A stretch of DNA of 64,000 bases from Candidatus Marinacidobacterales bacterium. Its GTDB lineage: Bacteria; Acidobacteriota; Vicinamibacteria; Marinacidobacterales; SMYC01. The notes below the pieces were generated by a model. The model saw nothing but the letters and a program-made list of their open reading frames with translations. It ran no database searches and was not told where the DNA came from. The position numbers were made by a program, and so were the translations under genes. Of the stretch, positions 20,367 to 31,841 are shown piece by piece; positions within the stretch are counted from its first letter, which is position 1, and each line of letters opens with the position of its first letter. The stretch spans positions 32,001 through 96,000 of the forward strand of contig CBDCYI010000004.1 of assembly GCA_965224085.1 (NCBI GenBank). The letters run 5' to 3'.

Positions 20367-21179
20367 TCACCATGGGTCTCCCAGGTCGACGCCGACCTCG
20401 AATGTGGTAGAGGAACTGAGAAGATGGATGCCACCGTTCTTGAACTTGTCCTGCCTTTGGCGCGCCTCGTCGCTGTCAATTTGCGCGGTATGCTCTTCCA
20501 CGCTTAGCGCGGGGGGCAAATCGGTGCTTTCGTAGAGGATTCGGTAGTGGTTCTCCTTGAGGCGCCTCTGGTTGGCGCGCACCAAGGTTCCAGGGCAACG
20601 ATTCCGAGGACAGACGCTGCGAATGTTGTGGGTGCTCAAGGTCGCGCAGGCGTCGCACTCCCAGACCTCGTCAGATCCGGCAAGCTTGATCCGCAGCCAG
20701 CGCGGGTCGAATCGAAATGTCCCGTTCGCCGTTCCAGGCGAAAGAATGGGGTCGTCTGCATGATTCCGTAACGCGCCCCATACATCCTTCATGAGCTTCG
20801 TCGATGCCGATTGCTTCTGGTCGTCCGACAAACCGCTGTCCACGAGCAACCGGCGAAGAAAATGTCTCACGACCGCAGATTGGGGGCCACCCCATTGGGA
20901 GACGTTCCGTCGTCTACCCGGCGACCCGATGCCATATGCCGACTGCGGCCAAGGCGATATATCACTCCATGCCGGCGTTCCGGCACCCTCCGGCAAACTC
21001 ATGGCGCGGCGCGGGCGCAACTCGTCCAGAACGTACGCGATCAGGCGACGCGCCCCGTCATCCGTGAAGTTCCATGGCGACTGTCGCATGACCTCCGGCA
21101 AGCTCAACTCGTCTGGAATTCCGACGAACCACTTGACTAAGCCAACCCCGCTCAGGGACAGCCTCTTCTCGTCCGTCAC
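20367..21179 (-). pseudogene. Internal fragment of large DEAD/DEAH helicase
   Basis: CxxC..CPxxxC, EEHTAQ, LLSSSTTFEVGVDLGD; truncated at both ends. Confidence 0.75.
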
Positions 21180-21721
21180 CGCCTCCCGCAGGATAGACGT
21201 CCAGGCTCTCGCTGATGCGCAGACTGGACTCGCTCAGCTGGGAGAGGCGGTCTCGCAGCGCCTCGTTCTCCGCTCTCAACTCGTCGGCTGGCTTCAACTC
21301 CCCACCTTGGCTGGACGGCGGGCGACACCGTCCCGCCTCGTCACGCAACCGGCTCGATGCAGCAACCGGATTCGAAAAGGACACCGGTCTCGCCGGCACC
21401 GATCGTATCGTGTGGAGTGAGAAATCACAAGACTGTCGCCATAAACAGCATAAACGTCACGCTTCCGCCACACACCTAGCCTGTCGAATGTTTTAAACTA
21501 CTGAATTGTAGAGGTCACGCGTGGGGTGGTTCGACAACCCACGGGCGGGCACGGAACACATGATCCAAGAGGCCAATAACGAGGCAGGACTGGCAGCGCA
21601 TCCGTCGGGCCGGATCGACATCAACCGCAATCATTTTCCCTTCGCAATCAACGCTGGATTGACTTTTTGCGGAGTACAAGCCTAGGTTGCAACGAAGGAT
21701 AATAGGCTTATCACGAAACCG

Positions 21722-22552
21722 ATGACACGCGCTCTTGACGCTCCTCCCCCGCGAACAAAGAAGCTTTGGAACCACTGGGGCCAAGCGGCGGTGGTAGCTT
21801 CGAGCGCGGCTGCGGTGTGGCTGCTTCCCGAAACGGTCGCGGCTGAAGACATCTACCTGCGAGCAGGGATTGGCCTAGACCGGCCGGCCGAAACCCAATT
21901 CACCGACGAGGACTGCTCAAGCGTTTTCCCAGCCGCTCTTTACGGTTGCGGCACGGGCGGCGACGGCGCGCCGCTCCGTTCGGTTGGGAACTTCAGTACG
22001 GCTGCGGGCCTTGAGCTTGGGCTCGGTTACGCCGTTGCCCCCTCCGTCAGACTAGAGACTCTAGTTGAATATTGGCCGCGATTGACTTTCGATGGTCGTG
22101 CCAACTTCCTAGACCCCGAACGCCTGCAATCGGTTTCCACGGACCTATCCTCTCTCTCCGGGATGCTGGCCGCTTATGTTGATCTCCCGGAATTGGGTTT
22201 ACACAAGCTCGGCCCGTTCAGCCCATTCGTCGGCGGAGGCATCGGGGTCGCCCGAGTTGCAATCGGTGAGACGCGCATGACGTTCCCAAAGACGACGACC
22301 ATCATTCCGGGCACCAGCCGGAGTGGTTTGACCTGGATGTTGACAGCCGGACTGGGGATGTCGTTGGGCGAGCGGACGACGCTCGAACTCACCTGGCGTT
22401 ATACGGATTACGGCGTCATCGAAACCGGCGAAGGTGAAGGCTTGGTAGAATGGCGCGACGGAAGCCGGGAACCGTTGGCGCTCGATCTAGCCCCGACACA
22501 GGCGAAATTGAGGAACCACGGGCTTCGACTGTCCCTGCGTTACGCGTTCTGA
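21722..22552 (+). CDS. Outer-membrane beta-barrel (opacity/porin-like) protein
   Basis: Signal-like segment, PFVGGGIG, C-terminal LRYAF. Confidence 0.8.
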   Translation: MTRALDAPPPRTKKLWNHWGQAAVVASSAAAVWLLPETVAAEDIYLRAGIGLDRPAETQFTDEDCSSVFPAALYGCGTGGDGAPLRSVGNFSTAAGLELGLGYAVAPSVRLETLVEYWPRLTFDGRANFLDPERLQSVSTDLSSLSGMLAAYVDLPELGLHKLGPFSPFVGGGIGVARVAIGETRMTFPKTTTIIPGTSRSGLTWMLTAGLGMSLGERTTLELTWRYTDYGVIETGEGEGLVEWRDGSREPLALDLAPTQAKLRNHGLRLSLRYAF

Positions 22553-22589
22553 TTGGCGCTATTGCACGATTCAACCCGTGAGACGGAGC

Positions 22590-22675
22590 TGAACCGCCCC
22601 GGGTTTTTCGGAGACTGTTTTAGTTGAGTCTCGCCATCTCTAGCGAGCCTTCCTGCGACCGATAGTAGTTCATCT
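22590..22675 (-). mobile_element. IS3-family right-end remnant
   Basis: TGAACCGCCCCGGG..CGGAGAC terminus and last codons of an orfB. Confidence 0.65.
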
Positions 22676-22757
22676 GGTGCTTCCGCCATTAAGTGTTGGT
22701 GAGATGATGCTAAGACATTACGGTGCATTTAATTACAGCCAATAGCGCTCGTGACCT

Positions 22758-23047
22758 TCCCAACCGTCGCAACGTCCTTGCCCAGAAGTGAGCCGAGCCG
22801 CAGGCTTCGAGAAGCACGGTGGCAGCGCTCTGTTTCGCAAAAAACGACACCAACTTGGGTCGACTCACACGGAGTTGCTTGGACACCTTCCCCGCTTCGC
22901 GCGAGATGGCAATCTCGAAGACGTTCTTTGCAAGATCCACAGCGATCGTCGTATCTTTCATTCGGACTCCTCCTTTTTCGATGCGTTCTTTCGACTGACT
23001 TTGGCACATCGATGCCGTCTATGTCAGCGGAGGAGTCCATCCCATCA
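22758..23047 (-). mobile_element. 5' fragment of second IS1111 copy
   Basis: Near-identical to 2707-2996; retains IAVDLAK; inserted at same CA core of a family C repeat. Confidence 0.92.
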
Positions 23048-23173
23048 CTTGATAGCGGAAGCACCGGCACAGGACGGGATGGCGATGCGAGACGATCGGT
23101 CAGGAGCATACTGCGGATCATCTCGTGCGACTCACCGTAGCAACTTTCGCCTAGCCGTTATAATCGGGGCCCC

Positions 23174-23858
23174 ATGAAACACTATCTGGCTGAATCCATT
23201 GGTACCTTTGCGCTCGTGTTCGCGGGCACCGCCGCCATCGTCATTAACGCGCTCAACGGGGGAGTTATTTCCCACGTAGGCGTGGCCCTCACGTTCGGTC
23301 TGGTGGTCATGGCAATGATCTATTCGGTGGGGGACGTTTCCGGTGCGCATTTGAACCCCGCCGTGACACTAGGGTTCTGGGCCTCGGGGCGAATGTCGCG
23401 CCGTGAGGTTGCGCCCTACGTCGTTAGTCAGTCCGCAGGTGCCCTCGCTGCCAGCCTCATCGTTCGTGCGTTGTTTCTGGAGAGCCAGACCCTCGGCGCG
23501 ACAATTCCCGCTGGTCGGGCTTCGCAGTCTTTCGTTCTCGAGGTGCTCCTCACATCCATTCTGATGTTCGTGATTCTCGGCGTTTCCACCGGCGCAAAAG
23601 AGAAGGGCCTATTGGCAGGAGTCGCCGTAGGTGGAGCCGTCGCCCTAGGGTCTCTCTTAGGGGGACCTCGTCTCGGGTGCGTCGATGAATCCTGCGCGCT
23701 CCCTCGGACCCGCGCTGGTGAGTGGACACGTCCAAGCTCTCTGGATCTATCTCACGGCTCCGGTGCTCGGCGCTCTCCTCGCGGTCGGCGGTTGTCGCTG
23801 TGTACGGGACTCGGAATGCTGTAACCCGAGCAACGCCAATATTCAGATAGAATCTTGA
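23174..23858 (+). CDS. MIP/aquaporin copy 2 (full length, +1 frameshift near 23668)
   Basis: AESIGTF, NPA motifs; comparison with copy 1 shows one extra base. Confidence 0.85.
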
Positions 23859-24437
23859 CCTCTTTCTCTCGCGTCTGGTCCAAATGGTGCTTCCGCAGTC
23901 AAGTATTGGCGGCCGCCGCGTAACCTGTTCGCGTGCTAGAGTTTTAGCCTGATTTCGAGAGGCGCAGTTCTTTCGTCGATGCCGGCTGGGCCGAGTTTTG
24001 GCACAGGACGGGATTGAGACATCTGCTATTCTTCACTTCTGCTCGGCCCTTACGATGAGAGAATTGTGTCTTCAGAATTCTGGTTCAAACTCTAGCACGC
24101 AGACGGGTTAAGGGCTGACCGCCAACACTTAATTGCGGAAGCACCGTTCGTTTCATAAAAGGTGCCGAGACGTGCGTGGCCGTGATCCCCGTGGAAAGGT
24201 TAGACTACGGCGTGGCAATCCCAGAGGATGCTTTTCAAGACGGTGGGAAGGCGGCAGACCGGCTAGCGGATGCGAGGCGCGTCAACGAGGACGCCGGGTC
24301 CGGTCCAGAGCCCGTGTGACAGGAGGCTCTAAGGTTGAATCCAAACAGAAAGACTCTAGTCATGGATATAAGCCCCAAAAAAAAGCCTCCGAGCTCCTGG
24401 GGATCCCCCTGAACCCGATCGACGACGACGATAACGA

Positions 24438-25577
24438 TTGATCGTGGCGGCCGAGGAGCTGGCGGGTCGGATTGGACAAACGGCGGAAGCTTGCGAGGCG
24501 CTGGGCGTGTCTCGTTCCACGTTGTATCGTCGACGCCGACCGGTGACGTCCAAGCCGAAGCGCCGTCCTCGGCCGCAGCGAGCCCTCGACACGACCGAGC
24601 GCGAGAGGGTCCTCAGTGCAGTGCATTGCGAACGGTTCGTCGACAAGGCGCCGGCCCAGGTGTGGGCCACGCTTCTGGACGAGGGAATTTACCATTGTTC
24701 GATCCGCACGATGTACCGGATTCTGTCGGAGCACGGAGAGGTGCGTGAGCGCCGGAACCAGCTGCGGCATCCGAACTATCAGAAGCCGGAGCTCGTGGCG
24801 GAAGCGCCGAACCAGGTTTGGTCGTGGGACATAACGAAGCTGCGCGGCCCGGTCAAGTGGACCTACTTTTACCTCTACGTGATTCTCGACATCTTCTCCC
24901 GGTACGTGACCGGGTGGATGTTGGCTCGGCGAGAAAGCGCCGAGCTCGCCCGTCGTCTCATCAGCGAGAGCTGCCTCAAGCAGAACATCGAAGCCGACCA
25001 GCTCACCATCCACGCAGACCGCGGCAGCTCGATGCGAAGCAAGTCCGTCGCCTTGCTCCTGGCCGACCTCGGCATAACCAAGACGCACTCGCGGCCGTAC
25101 GTCTCGAACGATAATCCCTACTCCGAGTCCCAGTTCAAGACGATGAAGTATTGCCCTGAATTCCCAAGCCGCTTTGGCTGTCTGGAAGACGGCCGCCTGT
25201 TCTGCGGCGGTTTCTTCGACTACTACAACAACGCGCACCGGCACTCGGGACTGGGGCTCATGACGCCGGCCGCCGTTCACTACGGTCGCGCCGACGAGCT
25301 CAACGCCGCCCGGCGCCAGGTCCTTCTCGAAGCTCATCGGGCTCACCCCGAGCGCTTCGTGCACGGAACACCTCAACCTCCGGTTTTGCCTCGTCAGGTC
25401 TGGATCAACCCGCCGCTCGAGAAAACGACGCCACAGGAGGCCCTAGGAGCCACTTTCTCGGGGCGCCCCATACCTGAGCTACCCCCGGATTCAAGCTATC
25501 CGGACGCGACCGCGTCGGAACCCAATCGCGACCGCACCGCGCTCACGCCCCGTCCTTCACTGATCGAGGCTCACTAA
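24438..25577 (+). CDS. IS3-family transposase OrfB (orfA mostly deleted; right end ...GTTGACA at 25610)
   Basis: WSWDITKL, IHADRGSSM, DNPYSESQFKT, YNNAHRHS. Confidence 0.9.
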   Translation: MIVAAEELAGRIGQTAEACEALGVSRSTLYRRRRPVTSKPKRRPRPQRALDTTERERVLSAVHCERFVDKAPAQVWATLLDEGIYHCSIRTMYRILSEHGEVRERRNQLRHPNYQKPELVAEAPNQVWSWDITKLRGPVKWTYFYLYVILDIFSRYVTGWMLARRESAELARRLISESCLKQNIEADQLTIHADRGSSMRSKSVALLLADLGITKTHSRPYVSNDNPYSESQFKTMKYCPEFPSRFGCLEDGRLFCGGFFDYYNNAHRHSGLGLMTPAAVHYGRADELNAARRQVLLEAHRAHPERFVHGTPQPPVLPRQVWINPPLEKTTPQEALGATFSGRPIPELPPDSSYPDATASEPNRDRTALTPRPSLIEAH

Positions 25578-25621
25578 ATGCAGCCTGCGGGTGTCTCAAA
25601 GTCGTTGACACGTTCCGCAGG

Positions 25622-25750
25622 ACGGCCCCTGGCCATGATGGGCGAGCGCGTAGCCGGCCTCCCGAAACGGAAGTGAGGGAACGGCGTCGTCCGCGAGCTT
25701 CGTCTCCTGCATCAAGAGCACGTCTGGTTTCGCGCGCTCGAGCCACCACA
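25622..25750 (-). pseudogene. Exodeoxyribonuclease III fragment
   Basis: WLERAKPDVLLMQETKL..GY. Confidence 0.6.
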
Positions 25751-25864
25751 CGGCGACCCATACAGGAATGGAAAAACGTCGCATCCTTATGCCTCCCCTT
25801 TTCAGACTGGCCGCCGCGTCGGGATGATGCGGTCGCAGCCAGTCGGCCTACGCCCACCCGAGAA

Positions 25865-26737
25865 TCAGTGGCCGACTGAGAAATCGTTCCGTCCCGAGCG
25901 GTCGCGCCCGCGCAGGAGGAACAAGGCCCGCTTGCCGTAGTCGTGGGCCTTGTGCGGTTCTGCCAATCGGAGGCCCAGCTCGTGGTCGTAGTGGCAATGG
26001 CCGGGCATGAACCGCCCCACCAGTGCCGCGCGCCGGCGGCCCGAGGGGTTGGCGCGCGAGCCGTGGATGATGTAGACGTCGTGAAACGAGATCTGGCCGG
26101 CCGCGAGAACTAGATCGCGCGCCGACGCCTCGTCGAAGTGCTCCGAGTCGCAGACCCGGTTGATCGTGAGATCCTGATCCTCTTCCCAATGATGAGAAAA
26201 GATTTTGCGGTCCTTGTGGGAGCCGGGGATGAAGCGCATGCAACCGTTGTCCGGTACGGCGTCGTCGAGCGCAATCCAGATTGACAGCGTCTCGAGTGGT
26301 CGAATGGGATAGTACGCGCCGTCCTGATGCCAGGGAGTCGCCTTGCCGCCGTGCGCCGGCTTGCCGAAGATGGTCGTTCCCCAGAGGATAATGTCCTCCC
26401 CTATCAATTGCTCGACCATGTCGAGTAGCTCGGGTCGAGTGACGAAACTGAGCCACCGTCGTGAGCCCCGAACACCCTGTGCGCCGGTGGTCTCCAGGTG
26501 CGGCCCCAGCATGAAGTCCGAGGAGAAACCCGGATTGGCTGACAGCAGCTCATCATAGGCTTCGCGCATCTCCGCCACCACGTCCTGCGGCAGGCGGCAG
26601 TCCGGCACCACGAATCCGTCGTTATGGAAACGCCAGAGCTCCTCGGCGCTCAGGCGATCGCAATTCCTCACCACGGGACATCTCGCAAATAAAGATGGAG
26701 GAAATCTAGCACGAGAGCCGTCGGAGGTGAACTCCAT
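25865..26737 (-). CDS. Phytanoyl-CoA dioxygenase (PhyH) family protein; start uncertain
   Basis: TPWHQD, WIALDDA..NGCMRFIPGSH, HGSRAN. Confidence 0.9.
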   Translation of the reverse strand: MEFTSDGSRARFPPSLFARCPVVRNCDRLSAEELWRFHNDGFVVPDCRLPQDVVAEMREAYDELLSANPGFSSDFMLGPHLETTGAQGVRGSRRWLSFVTRPELLDMVEQLIGEDIILWGTTIFGKPAHGGKATPWHQDGAYYPIRPLETLSIWIALDDAVPDNGCMRFIPGSHKDRKIFSHHWEEDQDLTINRVCDSEHFDEASARDLVLAAGQISFHDVYIIHGSRANPSGRRRAALVGRFMPGHCHYDHELGLRLAEPHKAHDYGKRALFLLRGRDRSGRNDFSVGH

Positions 26738-27036
26738 CTTGCGGTGCTTCCATCGCGGTATTCAGCGATTTCGTTGATTCGAGCCGGCCAACAAAATCGA
26801 AACGAAGTGCGTAGACAAAGGAAACTGGGTGCCCGACCGTAACGAGCGTCTCCTCGAACTGGCGAAGAGGATCGCGGACGCCACGCCTGTCGATTGGAAG
26901 GATACGGAAAGACCGCGCCCGGGACGAAGAGGAGATCCAGCTTCTTCAGTTGTTGGCAGAGATTCAAGGTCTGGCCCCGCTCGCAGGAAGTCTGCCGAAG
27001 GGAGGGTTTCGTGGTCGCGTTCGTCGTTAAGGCAGG

Positions 27037-27261
27037 TGTTAGCGGCGGACGAAAATTGCACACTCGGGGCCGACCGTAGAGGGAGCCGAGGGCGTGTCTG
27101 GCGCGAGCCAGGCAGGACCGCGGCCCTTCAGACAAAGTGTCCTCCAGAACGGAGGCGACCGATGTACGGAAGGGAGAAACGAGTGTTGCTACGAGAGTAT
27201 TTTGTAGCAGGGATTGACGAAGGCAGCCCTGGTAGACAAGCTGGGAATTAGCCGCCGCACC
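27037..27261 (+). mobile_element. IS21-family left end with truncated istA start
   Basis: TGTTAGCGGCGGACGAAAATTGCACACT; GGAGG then MYGREKRVLLREY and HTH; RBS/ATG block repeated at 28648-28679. Confidence 0.7.
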
Positions 27262-27321
27262 AAGGTGAAAGCAGATGTCCCCAGTCGGTTTCCAGTGCGT
27301 CAGCATTCAGGATACGGCGGG

Positions 27322-28563
27322 TTACTCCGTCGCGCGCGTCGGCACCCGAAGGCGCTGTCCGATCCGGATTGTGGTCTTGCGCCCCAGGTTGTTGGCGGAC
27401 TGGATCGCCCGGACGCTCGCGCCGTACTTTCTCGCGAGGCCCAGGAGGGTGTCGCCGCGCGACACCTTGTGGGTGACGTAGGTTGGTTTGGGCGGCGACG
27501 GTCTCACCTTGAGCACCGTACCGGGCCGAAGCGTCTCGTCCCAGAACAAGTTGTTGTCCCGGATGATCCGCCACGGCTGAGACTTCATCACCTTGGCCAC
27601 CGACCCCAGGGTGTCACCCGGCTTCGTCTCGTACTCGTTGTACTTTCCCTTCCAGGTCAGCGGAATCTGTAGCACCTGGTCGGCCGGAAGTGTCTGCAGG
27701 CGCCAGAGCCCGTTCTGATCGCGCAGCGCGTCTCGGTCCACGTCGAGGACGAACGACAGGAGCAGGTAGTTGTCGCCGTGGCGGGCCCGATATTCGAGTC
27801 CCTCGCCATTGGGCACGAACAGATCCGTGCGCGGCGTCGGCGGGAACGCGACGAGTTGTCCGACTCTCAGCGCGCGGGTCGCCAGAAACGGGTTGTGCAT
27901 GCGGAGCTGGAACACCGGCACATCAAGCCGTTCGGAGATCGTCCACCAGTCGTCGCCCTCACGGACCTCGTCAAGCTGCATTTGGGACGCGTGGTGTCGG
28001 ACCGACGGCTCGTGCAGCTTCAGGACGTTGCGGTACTGGCCTACGAACAGGATGTACTGCAGGGTCTCGAGCAAGGGACGGCCACGGGCGATCCGTCCCG
28101 GCCCACCGTTGTAGGCGCCAAGCGCGTAGTCCTCACGGTCGAACCGCCGGATCATCTGCGACAGGTACTTGATGCCCGCCTCGATGTTCGTCTTGACCTT
28201 CAGCGTCCGGAACGTGGACGGCATGACCTGGAAGTAGCCCTTCGCGCCGGCCCACGAGTTCAGGTTCGCGTTGCCCCCAGATTCTTGGATGCAGAGGGAG
28301 CGTGCCAACGTCAGGTCAACGTCGTACTTGTCAGCATACTTGGAGATGTCGTCCTCGATCTCCATGACCTTGCGATACATGCCCAGAAATCCCGGCGAAA
28401 GGGCCTCGACCGGTAGCAGGCCGTCGGGTGCCTGGGGCGTCTCGGCGTGTAGCGGGGCAGGCAGGAGCATCGCGACGACGATGGCCGCGACAGCGCTCCG
28501 GGTGGTGTGGGCTAGCACGTGCAGCATCAGAATCTCCCTGTTTGCACTATCGAACGTTCCCAC
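27322..28563 (-). CDS. Lytic transglycosylase (SLT) with LysM domains
   Basis: QESGGN, GYFQVMP, AYNGGPG; HKVSRGDTL LysM. Confidence 0.9.
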   Translation of the reverse strand: MGTFDSANREILMLHVLAHTTRSAVAAIVVAMLLPAPLHAETPQAPDGLLPVEALSPGFLGMYRKVMEIEDDISKYADKYDVDLTLARSLCIQESGGNANLNSWAGAKGYFQVMPSTFRTLKVKTNIEAGIKYLSQMIRRFDREDYALGAYNGGPGRIARGRPLLETLQYILFVGQYRNVLKLHEPSVRHHASQMQLDEVREGDDWWTISERLDVPVFQLRMHNPFLATRALRVGQLVAFPPTPRTDLFVPNGEGLEYRARHGDNYLLLSFVLDVDRDALRDQNGLWRLQTLPADQVLQIPLTWKGKYNEYETKPGDTLGSVAKVMKSQPWRIIRDNNLFWDETLRPGTVLKVRPSPPKPTYVTHKVSRGDTLLGLARKYGASVRAIQSANNLGRKTTIRIGQRLRVPTRATE

Positions 28564-29520
28564 CTTTCATATTAAAGCATAATGACCGCCATGTCGAAGC
28601 TCGCGACAGCTCAGCGCACCCACGGCTTTACCGAGTCGGTCATTCGAGTGTCTTCCAGAACGGAGGCGACCGATGTACGAAGGGTGATGTCGGCGATGGC
28701 GGAGGCGACGTCGACGCGGTGTTTCCGTTCCGGGTTCGGTTGTCATGACCAGCGTATTCTACTCCGCCGGTCTGCTTGGCGAGCGCGGGACATGGTCGGC
28801 CGCGCGGCTCACCACGTACGGCCGTCGGTACCCGCGCAGAAACGGCGTCCGCAAGGTGTGGCGACAATTGGACCGGGAACGTGGGCGCTCGGTGTATCGG
28901 TCGCCCGGTTGATGCAGGAGATGGGGGTTGCAGGGGGCGGTGCGGCGTCGGCAGTACAAGAAGGCGGTCCCGACCGCCGCGGCGTCCTAGTCCCCTGGGT
29001 CTTTGATTACTATACAAAATTAGACTTTTCTCCAGCCCATACGATTCATAAGAATCATGCACTTAGAATGGTTTCGGCAAGATCTGCTTTGTCTAGTTTT
29101 TTCTGCTACAGGGGACTAGTGGAGGACGTTCGGCACTGTCAACGGGGTGGCGCAGTCAGTCAGCTAGTATCCGCTCACACAACGGGCAGCCGCGGGGTCC
29201 GGCTTCGTCGATCGCCTCTTTGATCGTGTCGGTTAGCTCTCGCAGTGATGCGAAATCCGTCTGTAGTTCACCTGCCTTAAACCGTGTTAGCGATCATGTA
29301 AAAGCGCGGGTTTCTGACACATGGGGTCGGGGGGGCTAGCAAGGAAGTTGGAGTTGCCGATGTCGGGGTCGTTTGGCCTGATGGGTGTGGCGTTTCAGTA
29401 CCAGGAGCTGAAGTCGTTTCAGGCTGATCGGCAGTAGAGGTAGAAGGTGGTGAAGACGCGGAACGCGAGGCAGGAAAAGAAGGGGGAGCGTCAATCCACC
29501 CGTGAAGTGTTTGACGGCTC

Positions 29521-30015
29521 CTATCGTCGCCAGTCCTCGGAACGAGCGATCCATCGCCTGAGCGAAGCGCGGTGTGTTCTTTTTTTTGAGGAGAGGTCGT
29601 CGTCGAAGTACCAACGGAAAGTTTTGATTTCCTCGAGGATGTCGAGGTGCGGAAAGTCGCGTTGAAGTTCCTCGACGAAGAGAGTGTCGGTAGCTGTGAG
29701 GAAAGGATATCCAGGGAGGTGATGTTCAAGGTAGTCGAGGATTCCCTGAATGGTGGGGTCGAAGCCGACGAAGGATTGCGGATGGTTGTGATCCATGAGA
29801 GATCTCCTTTGGATTAGAGAAGGAGTTTTTGCCTGACGGCGACGACGAAGGAAGGGTCGACGGACGACGAATCGGTCATCGGGCCGAGGGCGAGCTGGCG
29901 TGTGAGGCAGCGCGGAGTAGAGCGCGAGAACGGAACGGACGTAGAGTGAGGAAGGAGGGTTGCGTCCTTTAGGCTGGGGCTTTTTTCTGTCGCCGTCTTT
30001 GTTTGCGCTCGTCAT
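29521..30015 (-). CDS. Hypothetical, possibly fused fragments of mobile-element genes
   Basis: 164-aa ORF with internal RBS GGAG-ATG at ~29796. Confidence 0.35.
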   Translation of the reverse strand: MTSANKDGDRKKPQPKGRNPPSSLYVRSVLALYSALPHTPARPRPDDRFVVRRPFLRRRRQAKTPSLIQRRSLMDHNHPQSFVGFDPTIQGILDYLEHHLPGYPFLTATDTLFVEELQRDFPHLDILEEIKTFRWYFDDDLSSKKRTHRASLRRWIARSEDWRR

Positions 30016-30338
30016 TTTCCTGCTCGCTTTCTCGGACGCGGTAACTCTTACCTGGCATCGAAGACTCGTGGCACGGAAGTGAGACTACAGCGAGCGGCGG
30101 AAACAGCTCGGACGGCTGTGCTCCGCAGAAAGCCGATCCAGTGTTGATTGCGCGTTGCGACTGACGAGCGCCGCCGGATTGGTGCCGTCCGAGTCGTTGG
30201 TCCCGTAATCGGGCTCATCCCAGACATAGGCGATCGCGACCGAGCGATGCGTCCGGTTGGAGAACCTGACTGGAAGACCAGGAGTACAACGGCTACTTCC
30301 TGTGCGTCTCCGGTTCCGGACGGAGCCTTACCCTACCG

Positions 30339-30702
30339 CTAGCGGGCAGTTCGCAGCAGCGCCAACGCATAGACAATACCGATGGCCGGAACCACCGAAA
30401 ATGCCAGCGCAAGCTCCCAATCTCCTCGCACTCTTCCCGCGGCAATCATCTGCGCAACCCACAGGTCGGCAATCACGTTCGCCGTCAGGAGCGCCATTAT
30501 GGCGAGGATCTTCGTCGTGGCGAGGCGGGGCCGCAGCACGAGCAGAAGTAATCCCGCGGCGCCAAGAGGGTGCAGGAGGACCACCAGCAGCCGTTGCCAG
30601 ACGTCTCCACCGTTAGCGAATGCTCCAACCAGGGCCGTGAATCCTGCGAAGACCGCGTGAATCACAGCGAGAACCGTCACCGAAATCCGGAAGCTGGTCA
30701 TG
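30339..30702 (-). CDS. Small membrane protein
   Basis: Four hydrophobic segments from MTSFRIS. Confidence 0.65.
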
Positions 30703-31165
30703 GAGACATGATATATCCCTGCTGGGGAGCTACCTAATTGCCGGCCAAAACAGTCGGCGGCTTCGGACATGTAGGGGACGAGACGTGCGTGGTAGACGTT
30801 GCGGTTTTGACCGCGGCACACGGGCTGTGTGCCGGGGAAGAACTGCAGGAGGTCAGTGCGGAGTTGAGGCCAAATCCGAGACAAGTAAGGAAATCAAGAA
30901 GGCTCAGTCGCACCTGGACCAGAACATGCTAGGGCAGCTACGCCGCAGTAGCCTCGGCATCGATTCTGGGCTTCTCGGGTGGTATCTTTTCCGCTGCCGC
31001 ACGGCCCGGTCAACGCCTCACTCAATCGGGCGAGGTCGTTCAGGCGGTAGTTTCTTAGGAGAATGGGCTTGACTCTCCGTGCGTGCGGATGAATAAATGG
31101 AAGGCACAAGGTCTTTCGCCGCGAAGGGTGATGGAATCCCCTCAGCCGCTCCCGGTTCGGCTCTA

Positions 31166-31800
31166 TCACCCCTCGGCCTTCGCATCCGAAAGCGAGAGCG
31201 CTTCGAACATCCGGTTCTCGGGTTTCGGGCACGGTCGGTATTTCAAGTGGTCCACGGACCATTTTGGATAAGTCAGTTTTTTCGCCCGGCGATTGAGTAA
31301 TAGCATCCGTCCCACTGTGCTATTCCACCATGCGCAGATTGCCTTTTCATAAGCTCGGTCTGGCCCCTTAGCAGGGATCCAGCCGAACCCGAATGTCGAG
31401 ACTTCGCTCCACAGCGCCGTCAACCGGCCGCTAACCGTATCGTAGCCGTGGCAAGCATTAGGTGTCCCTTACTTTGAAGGACACGCTCGTGCAAATGCGC
31501 TCGCCGCCCGCCGGGGACAACAGGTTGCTCTGGAGCATCCAGCATCGTGCGCCTGATATTGGCGGAAACGCTGTCGAAGACCCAAACTCGCCGCGGGTTC
31601 TCACCTTCGGAGTCCCGCTTCCACGAATCCATCGCAGCCTGGCCGGTGGCCCCTGTTATCAGGACCGAGCCTGCCGGCACCAGCTCGCTATGTCCCTCTA
31701 ATTGGCGTACGGTTTCGGCAAGTTTCTCGTCGTACCACTGTACGGGTGTCCAGTCCCCTGCCTCAGTGTACGGAACTCGCACGCCGTCGTCGACTCAGAG
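31166..31800 (-). pseudogene. Fragment of large restriction-modification-like protein
   Basis: Two adjacent frames; AWWNSTVGRMLLL resembles TRD region of type IIG/Eco57I-like enzymes. Confidence 0.35.
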
Positions 31801-31841
31801 CCTGCCCGAGCCCGGACTTTTGCCACAGGCTGCCAATTACC

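Noticed and set aside
26829-26960. Short gene-start stubs (kinase-like here, aminotransferase-like at 28582-28647, sensor-like at ~21200-21310)
   Set aside because: Too short to assign confidently; treated as scrapyard debris
29137-29319. Small element with TGTCA...TGACA ends
   Set aside because: Only 5 bp of inverted match; single copy
30250-30340. Group II intron 3' end (..CCTTACCCTAC)
   Set aside because: No recognisable domain V and no reverse transcriptase
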